Of a stretch of DNA of 64,000 nt, positions 15,213 to 29,937 are shown piece by piece. The position numbers and the translations under genes are program-made. This DNA comes from Parasitella parasitica NRRL 2501. Lineage: Eukaryota; Fungi; Mucoromycota. Under the pieces are notes generated by a model. That model was not told the DNA's origin. It did not search any database and saw nothing but the letters and a program-made list of their open reading frames with translations. Numbering within the stretch: position 1 is the stretch's first letter; each line of letters opens with the position of its first letter. The DNA lies in the NCBI GenBank assembly GCA_025201805.1, contig MU619273.1:165329-229328 (forward strand), in the 5' to 3' direction.

Positions 15213-16582
15213 TATCTCTATTCTTTTTGGAGAAATGATAAAAAAAAAAGGCCTGATATATACTTCTGGACATTGATTTCTTATTAGGGTGCGAGCGTGC
15301 TGTGTGTGCACCCCTTTGCAGTCACTGCAGGCGTTGTAGGTGGAGGCGTTTATCGCTTGACTCTGCTTGCCAGATCTTGCAGAAAATAATCCTAAAAGGG
15401 TCCAAATAGCAACTATGTATTTTTTCAAAGATCCATAAGTGTTGAAGAAACTGCCATAATTAAAGTTATAATCTGAAATTCAGGTTTCCTTTTCTAATCA
15501 TTTGTTGATTTGAAAACGAAAGGAACATTGGATAAGCCAGGGGAATCATTGACAAAGCAACTGAAGCCAACGATAGCTACAAATTGGCATTATTAAATAC
15601 TGTATATAGTTTGCCCGGTGCTGATTACTTGCGCAACTTTTGTTACAAGTTGTGTTCAAGTTTTTACGTATCAATTTTTGCGTATTCTGGATGAAATGCG
15701 GCTTAATGTTGCTTACAATAATGTTGGTCAGTCGATCAGTTCGCCTGTTACATTTTCTTTCAAAGCACAGAGTCTTTAGCTGGTTGTTTTTAGCGTTCAA
15801 CATATTTTTGAACACTTATGGCTGGTATACAGCATGCTGATACTTTACCTATGAAAGGTAGTGAGTATTTATACACAACAGGGAGGAAATTTGTCATTTT
15901 TACGACAAATTTAGCACCTCTGTTTTCCCACATCATACTCTTCAACTGTGTAATTATTGCCTTGTAAACTAGTTGGCCTTTGCCGTGATCTAACAAGCTT
16001 GACGGTGTCTCATATCTTTACCATCCACGCTCTTACAACATAAGCAAAGAAATAGTCGAAGACATATCAATCATTGCATGATAGTACCTGAACAGAATGC
16101 CCAAAGTCTCTCTCAAGACCGTCTTGGTATTGAAAATATCTACGTGCAAGTTGTTTAGACAAGTTCTAACCAAGGCATAACCTGTAACTGACAAATTCCG
16201 AATTAGAGCTTCATTTTGATACTCTCTGTGGTAAGATTAGTGTTAATGCTTTTCTATTCACGGCCTTTATTTTTTCACTCAAAGCTGTTTTTACTTCTGT
16301 TGGCACTAATTACCAACATACAATTTCAATATCTTCTCCTAATTATCTCATAGATCAATAATAATAGCATATTTTACACATTTCTTGAGACATTGAATAC
16401 AAAATAAAGTTTTATATTCGACAAATAAAATAAATCAGTAAATCAAGACGTTATAAAAGTTATTGCTGTCTTTACTGTTCGAATCATTATCGCCTTGAAA
16501 TATATGAAATAATCTGGCGTAGAAATCCGAGGAGAATGCGACTTGAGAAATCAAAGGTGTGTATTTCTAAACTCTTTACTCC

Positions 16583-18550
16583 ATGGTTCGAATCAAGAAA
16601 CAAGAGATTCCAGAGCACGAGAAGGAAGGTACGACTACAAACCTTTTCTGACACACTATTTTCAACATGTCATTTTGAAAAGTTGCATCTTATTCACTAA
16701 CCTGTGCCACTACAGAAAATCGAAAGATTAGTTTTGCTTCTTGTTACAAAAGCCTGAGGAGCCGGAAACATGTTACAGTTCCATCTTATGTTCAAAGCGA
16801 ACCTCAACTGGTATAAATTGACGTTGCATATTTCTTGGCGTGCATTTGTTAAAAAGTGAACTAGACCAAGCTTAGACAGTTTAAACAACAAGATGTGTAT
16901 GGCTATTATGCGGACAAGGAATACGAAGCATTCAAGATCGAGTTAGCTGGGTAAGATAAAAAAAGGGATTGCTTTTACAAGATCTTTTCTGATCTATATG
17001 CGTTTATTCAGTGATAAAATAAATACTGTGTGTAAAGATAATGCATTCAGTGAACAAGTAACACGAGCTGAGCAAGTCCTCATTGAGCAGCGAGTTGCTT
17101 TACAGCAACAGCAGTTCAAGGAATTTGAGAAAAGAGAGAGGATCGACAAGATTAGAAGAGTCAAGAGTGTATACAAGTATTTAACAAATGAGGAAATTAT
17201 AGCAATACTGGAAGAAAGCGGTAATAATGAGGTATGTGTGTGTCTGACACGACTATATGTGCATTGCATATATGCTAAGTGACCCTAGCAAGAAGCCATC
17301 GTCCGCCTGACTCAGCCCGCTTACTTGTGTACAATTCTTAAATCTATTGCCTTAAAACATGCCACTGAAGTTGAGACAAATGAAAATGCTATGAATGAGG
17401 AGCAGCAATCAATCTACGCCCAAACTTTACAGATGCATTCCAAGACACTTGAGAAAATAACTGATGGGTTAGCTAAACAGTAAGTTTATCGACACGTTGG
17501 CTCTCACCTACTGCTAACATATACACATAGACCGCATGGCACAGGCCAAGGCCGCTTTGGTTTAGATGAAGCGCTTAAACAAATGCGAAACAACAGCGAT
17601 GGTTATCTGTTTGAAGGTTGGTCATCTGCCCGTATCCGTGCCTATCAAATGGCCCAGCAGAACCCTAACAGCTATTACTATCGCTTCAACGCACCAGGAG
17701 AAGAACAGCGAAAAGGAAAATGGACTGAGGAGGAACGCACGATGTTTCATCAGCGGCTTGAACAGGTTGGATCCAACGGTCAATGGGGGATATTCTCCAT
17801 AAAGATCCCTGGAAGAGTAGGCTACCAGTGCTCCAACTTTTATCGCCTATTGGTGGAGACAAACAAAATCCAGGATCCAAACTATGTCCTAGATGAATAT
17901 GGGAAGGCGCACTATTTGTTTGAGAAAAAGAGGATGGATAGTAGCACCAAAAATATTATCCGTACGCATAGGAAACATGGATCGAGGACTCATGCTGTGT
18001 TGGCGTCAGCAACAGCTGAGAGTTGTCACGAAACCCCATCTAGTGCAAAGGAGCCCACTGCTTCCAACAGACACAGAAAAAAGCGAAAGATGTGGAGCAG
18101 CGAAGAAGGGGATTGCGAGGACAAGTCTGGCACGTTTAAACTGAGATCAAGTACACGAGTCAAAGGTTAAGAGCAAAAGATTGTAAATTCTCTGCCTGGG
18201 TTTATGGACCCTATTACGCTGGAGGAGGTGGTCAAACCAGCCATTTCTACTTACGGTCATGTTATGGGGTAAGTGGAAGCATGGGCCGCCTAATTTTTAC
18301 TAAAAAAAGCTACACGTGTATTTATGGAAACAGTTATGACAGTTGGGTGCGCTGCCTTACCAATTGGGAAGGCAAGAAGAGTGTTTGTCCTTTAACCAAG
18401 AGGCCACTGACAAGGAGAGATTTGAGTGAGTTTCTCTGGCGGAAAACAGCACTAAAAAGACAACTAAAGGTTGTTTTTTTTTTTTGTATTTCTGTAGCTA
18501 TTTTAATAGTGGAAAACATTGAAGCATATCAAGACAAAATAATCCAATAA
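16583..18550 (+). CDS. Myb/SANT-domain protein with C-terminal U-box/RING-like domain; in-frame TAA at 18168-18170 (possible pseudogene or truncated allele)
   Basis: Exons splice in frame from MVRIKKQE. Myb-like GKWTEEE...WGIFSIKIPGRVGYQCSNFYR. After the TAA the same frame reads LPGFMDPITLEEVVKPAISTYGHVMG|YDSWVRCL...CPLTKRPL (U-box-like). Confidence 0.75.
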
Positions 18551-18677
18551 ACAAAAAAGCATGTCCTGCACACATGCACACATGCACACAACAAAGTATA
18601 TAAATACCCTGCTTCCCTTTTTACTTGGCTTTTCATATTTCTTTTTTTTTTTCTTTGCCCCCCCCCCCTTTATTTTA

Positions 18678-20089
18678 ATGGATCGAAACCCAATCCTTAT
18701 ACCAGAAATAAGCCTTATTCTCTGCTCATTTGTAGACAGCAGAGATCTGCTTAACCTTGCACTCACATGTAGGGCGCTTTATCATTCGTCCTGCTTGCGA
18801 CTATGGAACACCTTGGACCCACAATCACAGCGGATATTACGTAAAGTCAAAAACACATTGAATTATACAAACATGTACAACAAGTACGTTTGGAAATTCT
18901 GCCTGTCGACCAAGCTAAACATCAACCATCTGGAGAGGTTGTTTTTTGACAACTTTATCTTTCCAAACCTTAGGGAGCTGGAGTTCTCCAATGCTGCTGC
19001 ACAAGATCACATCCTGTATCCAATGATCGCAGGCGCTAAAAAGTCGCTCTCGTCGCTCGATCTTTCTAAATGCTACTGCCTGTCTACCGCTGTAATCAAG
19101 CCACTACTCACCATGTCTCCCCATCAATTGGAGTCCTTGGTGTTGTATGGTTGCGGCAAGATGAACCTTCAAGTCTTGGCGGATATCATCAGCCGCCATT
19201 GCAATTCATTAAAACGACTGCGGCTTACAGATGTGAACGATGCTATCGTAGACGCAATCCAAAAATGTAAAAAGCTGGTCGACCTTGGGCTCGAGCATTG
19301 CAGTGATACCATGTTGTCCAGTGCGGCTTTAATCCGCCTTTTTACCAGCCTGTCAACACATCAGGTGCAGCTAACGCATCTTCGGTTGCGCGACATCAGC
19401 AGCCTCACTAGCCAGCATTTGCGCATCATTGCCAAAGCGCCTACTATTCAAACTTCACTAGTCTATTTCGACATGAGCGAGTGCAACCGGATTAGCCCCG
19501 AGGGTGTTTCTTGGCTCGCCACTGAATGCATCAATCTGGAAAACCTACTGCTGGCTTATCAAGAGGGTGTTACTAATCAAGCAGTACAGGCAAGTTTGTT
19601 GCAAAAGTCCACATATCCAAACTCTATTAGTAATCGAGATTGCCGTAGCTATTCATTCAGAACTGTCATCGATTGAAGCATGTGGATGTCTCTGGATGCC
19701 GACTTCTGACCGATCATGCGTTTTTTCCTCTTCTCGACGCTTTGGATGATAGCCTTGAAACACTCAACATCAGTGGTCTGGACATGTTATCGCTATCTTT
19801 GATACGCCAGCTGCTCAATAAAATCAGCTCGTTGCAGGAGCTGTGCTTGGGTGTAGCCTACGATCTAGATGAAGCAGACCAAATCTTGCACACAATCAAC
19901 AGCGCCAGCTCCCACATCCGATTTTATATACACATCGACAAGTTTTGCACAATATGCAGGCTACCGTCGCATACCACGCCTCCCAGTAACGCCGCTAGAA
20001 AACTGCCGTTGCTAACGGAAAGCCAAGACGACATGGGAAACTTTACGAGACTACCATCGCCATCCACTTGGAACATACCACCGCTGTAA
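18678..20089 (+). CDS. F-box/leucine-rich repeat protein (2 exons, GC-AG intron 19590-19648)
   Basis: F-box-like ILIPEISLILCSFVDSRDLLNLALTCR; repeated LxxLxLxxC LRR motifs. Confidence 0.85.
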
Positions 20090-20344
20090 CTGTACAGAAA
20101 ACTTGATCGCATGCATTCCACTGCAAAAAAAAAAAAACTCCCTCCCCTCCCCCTTCCATGTAAAATTCACATTTTGTTAATAAAAACACAGGATGTACAC
20201 AATTCATATGACTCTTGGTTCAGTAATATGGCTACCAAATGCCACAGAGCAGTCATCATCATATATTCGTGCCAAATGCCGTAAAGATAGCACACAATAC
20301 TTTGTGTATTAGGGTTGTTTATTTGTTTATAAATGCCATATTCC

Positions 20345-22254
20345 CTAGTATAATGTCACAATTTCATCGCCCATCAGATCAAACGATACGCCAGTTGGTT
20401 GCGCTTCGACCGCATAAGGCAACGAAATCGTCAACACTATAGTATCAGTGTATTCAATAAAAGTAGTTGTAGAGTGAACAGTTTTAACTTTCGTAAGAGG
20501 TATTGTTGTAGTTATGACTTCTTTGGCATGGTGAGTTCTGGTCGCTGTCCCGACGTACGTTGTCAGTGTTGTTTTGGGGCGCCCGCGCATCTTGTTCAAG
20601 TCATTCAAGAGTTCTCCCATAGGGATTTCGGGAGGAGGGGCTGGCCTGGCCCTCAAAAAAGCCTCAATTTTTGCAGGATTCGCCGGATTCGCCGGATTCA
20701 CAGCGAGCTCATCTTGTGTTGGAGGCGCCAAACCAAGAGCAAGAGAATCAGCAAAGAAGTTTTGAGGATGAATGGCTTGTGATGCAGAATTTTGTTCACC
20801 AAGTATGCTCTCTTCACTAATTAAAGATTCAGCAACCGTAGCAGCGAAAGATGCTCCACTATTACTTTCATCAACAAATACACCGTTTCCTTCGTTGCTC
20901 AAAGGAAATAACTGCCGCCCTTTGCGAATAGTCCACTCCAAGTAGTCATCATCTTCTTCTTTTGATTCTTCTGTATCACCCACATCATTTCTTCTCAGAT
21001 AAGGCCAGCATAATGCAGATGCTGCATGGCACGATGGTTCCACAGCCTCAAAATCATATAAGCTTGCACCATTAGTCTTATAATTGGCGGCAATCAGCTG
21101 GCCTGCAAACCCTCCCGCCGATCCATCAATCACATTGCCTTGAATTCCACAACAATTTAGGTCTTTTTATCCGGGCATACACTAACCATACCTACCATAA
21201 GGCATTAAAAATGTGCCGCCGATCAAGCTGTTGATGTTTCTAGTTACAGTAAACGACTGTTCGCTGCTTTCGTCTATGAAACCGTCCTCATCTACTGTAA
21301 AAAAGTTCCAGACAGTGTTGCATGCTGGCAACTTGCTAGTAAAGCCTTGAAAACCAGCGAGTTCAAACGTAGAATTCCGGACAACTGGGATCTAAAAAGC
21401 CTGTCAGCAACGCTGCTTGCCGTATTATACAGCACACTCACATTCAAGATCACTGGTTTGTCGACTGGCCATTGGACTGCATGTTGGTCTTGCGCAAATG
21501 CGCCCGGATGTGATAAATGCTGCATTTCGCTCGAAATGCTGCATTCAGCGCTGTTTTGACAAGAGGCGAAATTAAAATAATAATATTTGTCATTTTTGTG
21601 TGGACGCAACGATTTGATATTCCCATCCTTTGACAAATGGTGGGTTGCCTTTTGCAATGCGAGATACAGCGATGTTTTTTTGGCAGTATTCTCATAGTCT
21701 GACATGGACAGCGTATTATGCTGGCTGGGGTTGTTGACCAGCAATCGACAGGATTGCACTGGACGCACTAGACTATCAAGGATATTCTTGCCGTAGCCGT
21801 AGACCTGGATCGAACCTGATATAATAGAGTCTCTGATTTGGTAGTTCTGCTTTGTGTGATCCATCCTGCTCATGTAGAGACCGTACTCTGTTAACGGCAC
21901 AGTTTCGTTGTACAGCGAAGTGCAGTTCATTTTGCCCTTACTGTTAACGTAGTAGTTCTCTATGGCCAAGTCTGAGCCAACCATCAATGGCCCATCGATA
22001 CCGCTTGCAGCCAAACCCCTCTCGACATTTGCCTTGAAATCTTTAAAAACAATGGCGTTCCAATAATTCAACTAGACAATTTTTTTCATACTAGCTTAGC
22101 CGAATCTGCAGCAAGCGCGTGTGAGTATGTGTTAGTATACCTCTTTTGATTGGCAAAGGATGTCTTTTTCCAATGTTAATGGCGTCTTGCCTACAACACA
22201 GAGAATCTCATTGAGAAAACTCGTTGCAATCCCAAACAGCAAAAGTCTTTTCAT
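20345..22254 (-). CDS. putative secreted protein of unknown function (multi-exon), Thr-rich C-terminus
   Basis: Signal-peptide-like MKRLLLFGIATSFL; long ORFs 21292-22071 and 20345-21133 on the same strand; one splice junction (about 21295-21335) unresolved. Confidence 0.6.
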
Positions 22255-22791
22255 GGCACTGGTTTTCAGAGTATGGAACAAAAAACAAAAAAAACAAAAG
22301 GAAATTGTAATAATTGCGTATGTATCAATGTTATATGTAGACTGATATTGGTATGTAAAAGTGCCATTCCTTATTCCGGATAATCTTAACACCCGGTCAG
22401 ACACAGTTTCATAATTATGCGTGCATGTTTTGCAAGCGCGTCCAATTTGTTCAAAGCCGCCAGTGTGAATTTATCCAGTGTCCTATGCGCCAGGCTCAGC
22501 AATTTTATTAGACAAAGTTGCCACACTACCTAATAGTAGTCCTGGAGATGGGTGTTGGAGCAGGTTACTGATGCTTGTGCTTGACGCTACGACCGCAGCA
22601 TCAGGCACACCGTCCTCAAGCGAGGTGGTTTCATTCACCAAATGTTGTCAATTAATCATGCTGAAACTCTAAATTTAGTAACCAACAATAAGAAATGACT
22701 TTTAGGGGACTTGGGGTTGGTGGATCCTAAGCGTGAAATTTTAAATAAAGTCGATTGATTCGATTCCCTCCCTTTCTTCCTTGCTCTTTCA

Positions 22792-22837
<46 letters not shown>

Positions 22838-22991
22838 CACTATACCCGCTAAAATTGACCAACCAACTACCCAAGAAGCAAGTGCCTCAGAGTCACAGCA
22901 GCACCGTGTAAACCACCGCATCCCTTTTGTGCATCGCATTTCATCGTTTAGACACTCACGAGATAGCACAACCTCATCGTCATCATCCCAA

Positions 22992-25900
22992 ATGTCGACT
23001 AATCAAGCTGAAACAGACAAGCTGTCTGCTGATTTGATTTTGAAAGTAGATATTATTAGAGGCCGAAATCTGAATCGAGAAGATGAGGTAAGAAGCTAAT
23101 GTTTGCAGCATATCAAACTGAATTAAATTAACGCCCCCCAACAAGGCAAATATCCCGAACCCTTATGTCAATGTGAGGTTTGGCAGCATTAGACAAAGAA
23201 CAGACACAATCAAAAAGTCGTCAGATCCAGAATGGCTTTGCAGTTTCGAATTCAATTTATCAAATGATATCATTGGTCACAAAAAGAGGTTGAAAGCATT
23301 AAAAAAGCAAGGTTTGTCCATTACCGCTTTTAGCAAAGACAGATTCTCGTCCATCTTTTTGGGCCAAGCAAGTTGGCCACTGGACGAGATGTTTTCTCGC
23401 CCAGACCAGTTTGCTTTCGACGATGCCACGGTAAGCTTGTGAAATTACGCTTTGCTGAGCAAACAGTAATAGGATCGTGTAACACATACTAAAAAAAAAA
23501 AAATGCCTCGATTTTGAATAGGCTAAATGGTATCCCTTATCACGGACTAGTCGTCAACATAGACGTTTTCACCTGAGGAAAAAACGTGGAGATACCACGA
23601 GCACGAACACATCTGACGCTGATCAAGCAGAGATTTGCTGTCAGTTTGGACTATTGTACAAAACAGGCTCAGGCACTGTCATTCCTACAGACTCATCCAC
23701 ATTCGCAGAAGACTGGCAGTTCTTATTAGATGAAGAAGAGGATGACACTGACATTAATGCGCTTTCATCTTCACCTCCACCGGCCTCCACCGCTTCGGCT
23801 ATGCCTGAAATGCAAAAAAGCTCGAGTACCGCATCATTCAGCAGTCGATTTAAAAGACCCTTGAAACAGGACAACTCTACATCATCCATTAATAGTTTAT
23901 CGCCTTCCATCGAGAAGCTACAGCAGCAGCAGCAGCAGCAGCAGCAGCTTCAGAAGCCAAAGAGAACAAGACGATTGAAGAATAAGTTTAGGCGTCGTGG
24001 TAGACGTGGGAGCCGTCGCAACAAGAAGAAGAATTCAGAAGGAGGCTATGCAAAGTTCTATTCAGATGTCATGGGTATTACATTTTTGGAAATCGAGAAT
24101 GCAAAGGACCTTCCACCTGAAAGAAATGTCACCAGGACTGGTTTCGACATGGATCCCTTTGTCATTGTAAGCTACGGCACATCCACATTTAGGACAAGAG
24201 CCATCAGACACAATCTGAATCCTACCTGGAACGAAAAGTTGTTTTTTCATGTCAGGAACACCCAAGAAAATTACAAGATAAAGTTTGCCGTCTACGACAA
24301 GGACAAATTCTCGGGCAACGATTTTGTCGCTTCTCAGGAGATTTCAATTGCTGACATTATTCAAAAGATGCCTACCACCTTAGCTACTCCTACCGCACTT
24401 GAGCAAGGAGATGGCAATGCCACCACTCCCTCGCAGGAAATCGAACGCAATATGGGAAGACATTCAATCCCTTTGAGACTGGCCAAGCCCGACAAATGGA
24501 AAGACAGCTGCCACCCAACCCTGACTATCCGCGCCAAGTTTGTGCCTTATGTCCAAATCAGAAAAATGTTCTGGATTGCCTTGGCGAAAACATGTGATGC
24601 AGACAATTCAAACACAATGAGTCGCTTAGAGGTGCAGGCCATGCTGGAAGCGTTAGGCTCGAATATTTCAGAATCAACGATAGACCATTTCTGGGAGGAG
24701 CACGGCAAAGACTTTGAACAAGACTTGACCATGGATGAACTAGTCGCAAGCCTGGAATCCTTCATCTTGGCTGTTGACACAAAGCAAGACGGCTATGACC
24801 CCAACGCTATCATCGAACAAGAAAAGGATGTTCCTGTCGATGCCAAGAACAACAATACTGTGAATCCCTTCTTTTTGGCAGCGTCGGATGACGAAGACGA
24901 CGATGGTGATGATGATGACGAAGAAGAAGACGAATACGACCTGATTGACGACGATGATGAATTAGACGACTATTATAGTGAAGGTGGTTATTTCTCCAGC
25001 CATGGCGAGTACGATGAGGATGACGTTGATTTAGCTCACTCGGGCTCAACCACCACTGCGCCGCAGTCGCCAGATGAAGCAGATTATGAGGCATTGGCTG
25101 AAGCTGAAGGTATTCAGTATATCGACGGTCCATTGAAGGAGTTGAAGCTGCAGCAAGACAAGGATCTTGATAATCAGCGCACACACAAGATGGCCCAAGA
25201 AAAAGTTATTCGCTTGAATGAATGTCCTATTTGTCACAAGCCTAACCTCTCGAAGCGAGGCCAAATGGACATTGTAACGCATGTTGCCACATGCACTGCG
25301 AATGACTGGACAACTGTAGACAGATTCTTGATGGGTAATTTTGGTTCCGAAGCGCAAGCACAAAGAAAGTAAGCTGTCAGAATGCGAAGGATATGACTGT
25401 AGTCTCTAACGGCACTTTAGGTGGTTTGTAAAACTGGTCAACAAAGTCGGATACGGCAGATATTCAGCTGGAAAAAATAACGCAAATATTATTGTGCAAG
25501 ATCGCTTAACGGGCCAACTAATTGACGAACGTATGAGTGTCTATGTACGTTTGGGTATGAGATTAGTTTATAAAGGCATGCGCTCGGGTATCCAGTCAAA
25601 GACAGGTATATTATATATTAACCGTAACATTGCGTGCGCCGTGTGTTAACAAAGTATAAACCCTGTTTGTAGCCAAGCGAATCTTGGCAAACATGTCTAT
25701 AAAACAAGGCCGTCGATTCGACAACCCACTTTCCAAGAGAGAAATCAACTCATTTATAAAATTCCATCAATTAGATATGAGCGAAGTGTTGGAGCCTATG
25801 GAGAACTTCAACACGTTCAATGAATTTTTTTACAGAAAACTCAAGCCTGGATCTCGTCCCTGCGAAGCGCCTGATAATAAACGAGTAGCCGTTAGCCCTG

Positions 25901-26511
25901 CTGACTGTCGTATGATGGCATTTCCTACCATTGACAGCGCAACCAATATCTGGATCAAGGGTGTTGAATTTAGCATATCCAAACTTTTAGACGACGCAGA
26001 GGAAGCCAAAGCCTACGAAGGTGGTGCATTAGCTATTTTCAGATTGGCCCCACAAGATTACCATCGCTACCATTCGCCTGTGGATGGTGTCATCCGTAAA
26101 ATCCACAGTGTTCAAGGCCAATATTATACCGTCAACCCTATGGCTATACGAACTACTTTGGATGTATATGGTGATAATAAGCGTGATATTGTTCATATGG
26201 AGACCGAAGCCTTTGGCAAAGTCGCCATTGTGTGCATTGGCGCTATGATGGTGGGCTCAATCATCTTGACAGCCGGCGTAGGCGATCATTTAGCGAGAAC
26301 TGACGAATTGGGCTACTTTGCATTCGGTGGCAGCACGCTAGTTGTTCTGTTTGAAAAAAATGCTATGCGTTTTGATGAAGATTTGTTGGAAAACGCAAGC
26401 AACTCGCTTGAGACTTTGGTAAGGAAGTTCTAATATTGTCTGATCATCTTTTACTAACCGCTAAACATAATCCAGGTGCGTGTTGGTAATCATATTGGCG
26501 TGCATCCTTAA
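22992..26511 (+). CDS. PSD2: phosphatidylserine decarboxylase 2 (two C2 domains, EF-hand-like region, PSD domain; multi-exon)
   Basis: C2 motifs (DMDPFVIVSYG, LNPTWNEKL), FNEFFYRKLKPGSRP, SPADCR, FRLAPQDYHRYHSP and the autocleavage motif FGGST. Confidence 0.95.
23921..23947 (+). repeat. (CAG)n microsatellite encoding polyQ in PSD2
   Basis: Run of CAG codons visible directly. Confidence 0.9.
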
Positions 26512-26669
26512 TGTCACAAAAATCACATGTACCTCTAATGGATCTCGCTTCCATTGTTGTAGATTGAAGCACTGTAAAACAAAGAAATCATACTTTAATT
26601 AATTACCCTTGTCTTGATTTGCCATTAAATATTCATTTGATGTCTATGTGTAACAATAAACGAGCATCC

Positions 26670-26691
26670 CACACACACACACACACACACA
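26670..26691. repeat. (CA)n microsatellite
   Basis: Directly visible dinucleotide run. Confidence 0.9.
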
Positions 26692-29600
26692 TACCGGCGA
26701 ATGCGTGACCATATCTCCAATTCAAGCAATGATAATTGAATTGAATAAGATTGGCGAAGGTTGGTGACGATATGATTTTCTTGTTTGTTTGTGGATAGCA
26801 AACCAAATTCCCAAAGAAGAAAACTGATATTGCAACGGTGTGTTTCTTTTAATTCCATTGAATGACCTTTAGTTGATAGGCAGGCATTGAACAATATTGT
26901 TGTGTATAAAATACCAGACCTGTTGCCATTATACCCAAGATATCGATTAGCTTATCCAGTGACAAATTACTTGGTTCTGGGATACTTTCTATTTAATTTC
27001 AGATGTTTACAGAAGGAAATTCAGACTATTTCAGTGAATGTTCCTTTTGAGAGTGGATGAAAATAAAATTGGCTTTGTCCAATAAAGAATTGAAATACAG
27101 TCTGCCATTTGCAGTTTCTGAAAAAAAAAAAAAAAATTCAAGTAAACGATAAAAGTCATGGTGATTGCGATACTATATATAAGGGTTTCCGTTAATATAT
27201 TTTTTTCTGATAAAAGCAAAGAAGTTTTTGGGAGAAGAAAAATGCCTCCGTAAAAAGATTTCAAGTGGGGATTTCCATATTTAGAGAAAAAGACTAATTG
27301 CTTTGTTTTATTCATAGTGAAGATACGGAGAGAAAATTTTGTCTTTAAGTTCAAGGTAATCTTTAAAAAAGGTTGTGGTTGTCTATCGACAAACATTTGT
27401 GATTCTGGGCGTAAATGTGTTTGTTGACTTTGGATCCAAAACCTTTAATTGGATTCAGGAACGGAGAGCAAGGTTGAAGATAAACACAATTATGTCTTTG
27501 GGATTTCATAAATTTCTATACAGATAATTTTTTATGAATGGGTGTGTTATCCTGGTAGCAGATTGTTTCCTTTTTTCTGGCATTTTCTTATACCTTCAGT
27601 TGACCCGGCGTCATTCAGTGTAGAAGGTCTTGTCAGACAAGTACCGAGCTGGATTCTCTTATATCCAGTTTCACAGTAGAACAGCTAGTCAAACCTGTGC
27701 CATTTTTTCCATTATATTGGAATAGTTCAAATGTGTGTGTCTTTGCAAAGCCAGCATAGATTTTGGGCATATGATTTTCTTTTTTTTTTTTTTTTTTGGC
27801 CTGTACGAACTTCAAAATAAGGCATAGACTGTAAAAGACAATGTTTAGCACTCTCAAGCACAAAAACAAGAAATTCAAAGTAATGCATTAGACTATAAGG
27901 CACCTTTAGATTTACGTATTTGCATAGCTTAGAGCAAGTTTTCGTACTTTTCAAGTTGACAAAAGACGAAGGTAACGACTTTTCTGACTTTTTTTCGGAA
28001 AAGTATTTTTCACAATCGGAGCGTGAGATTGTCAGGCCAGGTACTGACATGCAAGCGCTACCATTAGAAAGCCAAAAAGCACATCATTCAAGTAAATTAG
28101 TTTGAATTTTTTTTCTCTTGAATTGGGTAATTTGTGGCTTCTCAAAGCTAAATGCCTTCTTCACAATAACACGATTTCTCATTGATAGCGGAGATTAAAC
28201 ACGTCCAAAATGAGAAAGGAAAAATTCTTTCAAAAACTCCATTTGGACATTTCGAAAACTAAATTACTTCTTTGAGGCAAGATATCATTCTTTGGTACTA
28301 TGCATAACACGGCTGTCAGTCTATGATAATAGCTGTATTTTTGGGCGCTCTACACGATTGTATAATTTCATGATCCCTGTATGCTTACGAAAGGAATTTT
28401 GCTGAAAAAACTTCAAAACAGTTCAAGAGGGAAAAGTCAATATTTTGCTTAATCAGAGCGCATTTTCAGTCTTTCAGATCAAGGAATGGTCTTTTACGAT
28501 CATTTTCCTCTAATATATGCTATAATAAAAAGTTGCATTTTTGGGGTCTAAATCGAGGATAATGCATAATCGATGATTTTGTATGCGTGGATACAAGGAA
28601 AAAATCAAAAAAATCCGTCATTTTACATCGAAAAAAAAATCATGCTCAAATTGCACCAAAATCATATATAATATTGTTTTTTCCCAGTGGATACTATTTC
28701 TAGTGTTTTCAGGGCATTTTTGATTATGAAATCAACCAAAAAATGGCATACAAAGCTAAAGTTCTTGCTTTAAGCTGCAAAAAAATATCTATCTGGAGAT
28801 GACACTTCTATAAAGTAAGTATTTTTGATATCACAAGTATATCTTTCTTCATGTTTATATGATAAAACATGTATGGCTTATTGAGTTGGAAGTAGAAGAG
28901 GATAATTATTGAACATTTAGCTGCAATAAGCCCTTCTTCTGTGTGAATGATTCTTAAGTTACTAATTGCTAGTGACAGGGAAGTCCTATGACCATTGTTG
29001 CTTATAATAATACTTCTTTTGCACCACTCTACAATAAATTTAACGACCATACAGTTATCCAAAGTTCTTCTTAACGCTTCGATATCACACAAGTATTGAC
29101 CTGGACCACAAGTTCATTTTATTGTACAATTTACTTGATAAACATGGCTAAATCTCTCCTGATCTCGTCATAAAAGAAAAAATACCAGATTTGTGCAACT
29201 TTGAGTATATATTACGACAGGTAATTTAAAGTTGTGCTTTATTGACACGTTTCACTAATAAGCAAATCAATTATTGACCTTGTTTGCTTGACACTGTAAA
29301 ATGGAAGAAAAAGAATGATTCCATTGATGTTTGATATCTGAACCCGACAATTAGGGATGATCTATTTTGCGAGTAGAAGATTGCTTCAAATCGAGGCATT
29401 TACTGCTTTAAAAGTAAAAAATGTCCCAGTTTTGCTAAAAGAAAAGGGGAAGAAACAAGTAAGTATAGCAATATGTTGTCTAATCGAAAAGATAAAAGCG
29501 CTTGGCGAAACCTTATGTCAGAGTATAATTTTTAGGTAGCAAGGGTCAAAATTGACCAGAACATTTAATTTTCTGCTATCAAAAAAATTTTGATAAAACA

Positions 29601-29937
29601 TTACGTCTGTAGAGGTAAAAAAGAAAAGGCTAAACTTGCTGATTCATTTTTCAATCTTATATAACGGCTTATAATTTACATATATAAGTGCTTGCATTTC
29701 AAGCAAAAACGGATGGATAAGCTTTCGAAGTTAAAAAATAAATTCTGCATTTTAAACTATTATAGATAGTAGTTGCACAAAATAAAGTAAATTTAATATA
29801 ATGAGCAGAAAAGAAAATTAAGAAAAAAATCCTCGATGTAAATTACTGAAATAGTAGATTTTATATGAATAAGTTTAGTGTGTATGTTCTGATATCAGAA
29901 AAATGTAGAGAGGCATACATGATTTATTACTAAAGGA

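Noticed and set aside
15450-16300. Short ORFs between the HARE-HTH/PP2C and Myb genes
   Set aside because: No recognisable domain or consistent splice structure.
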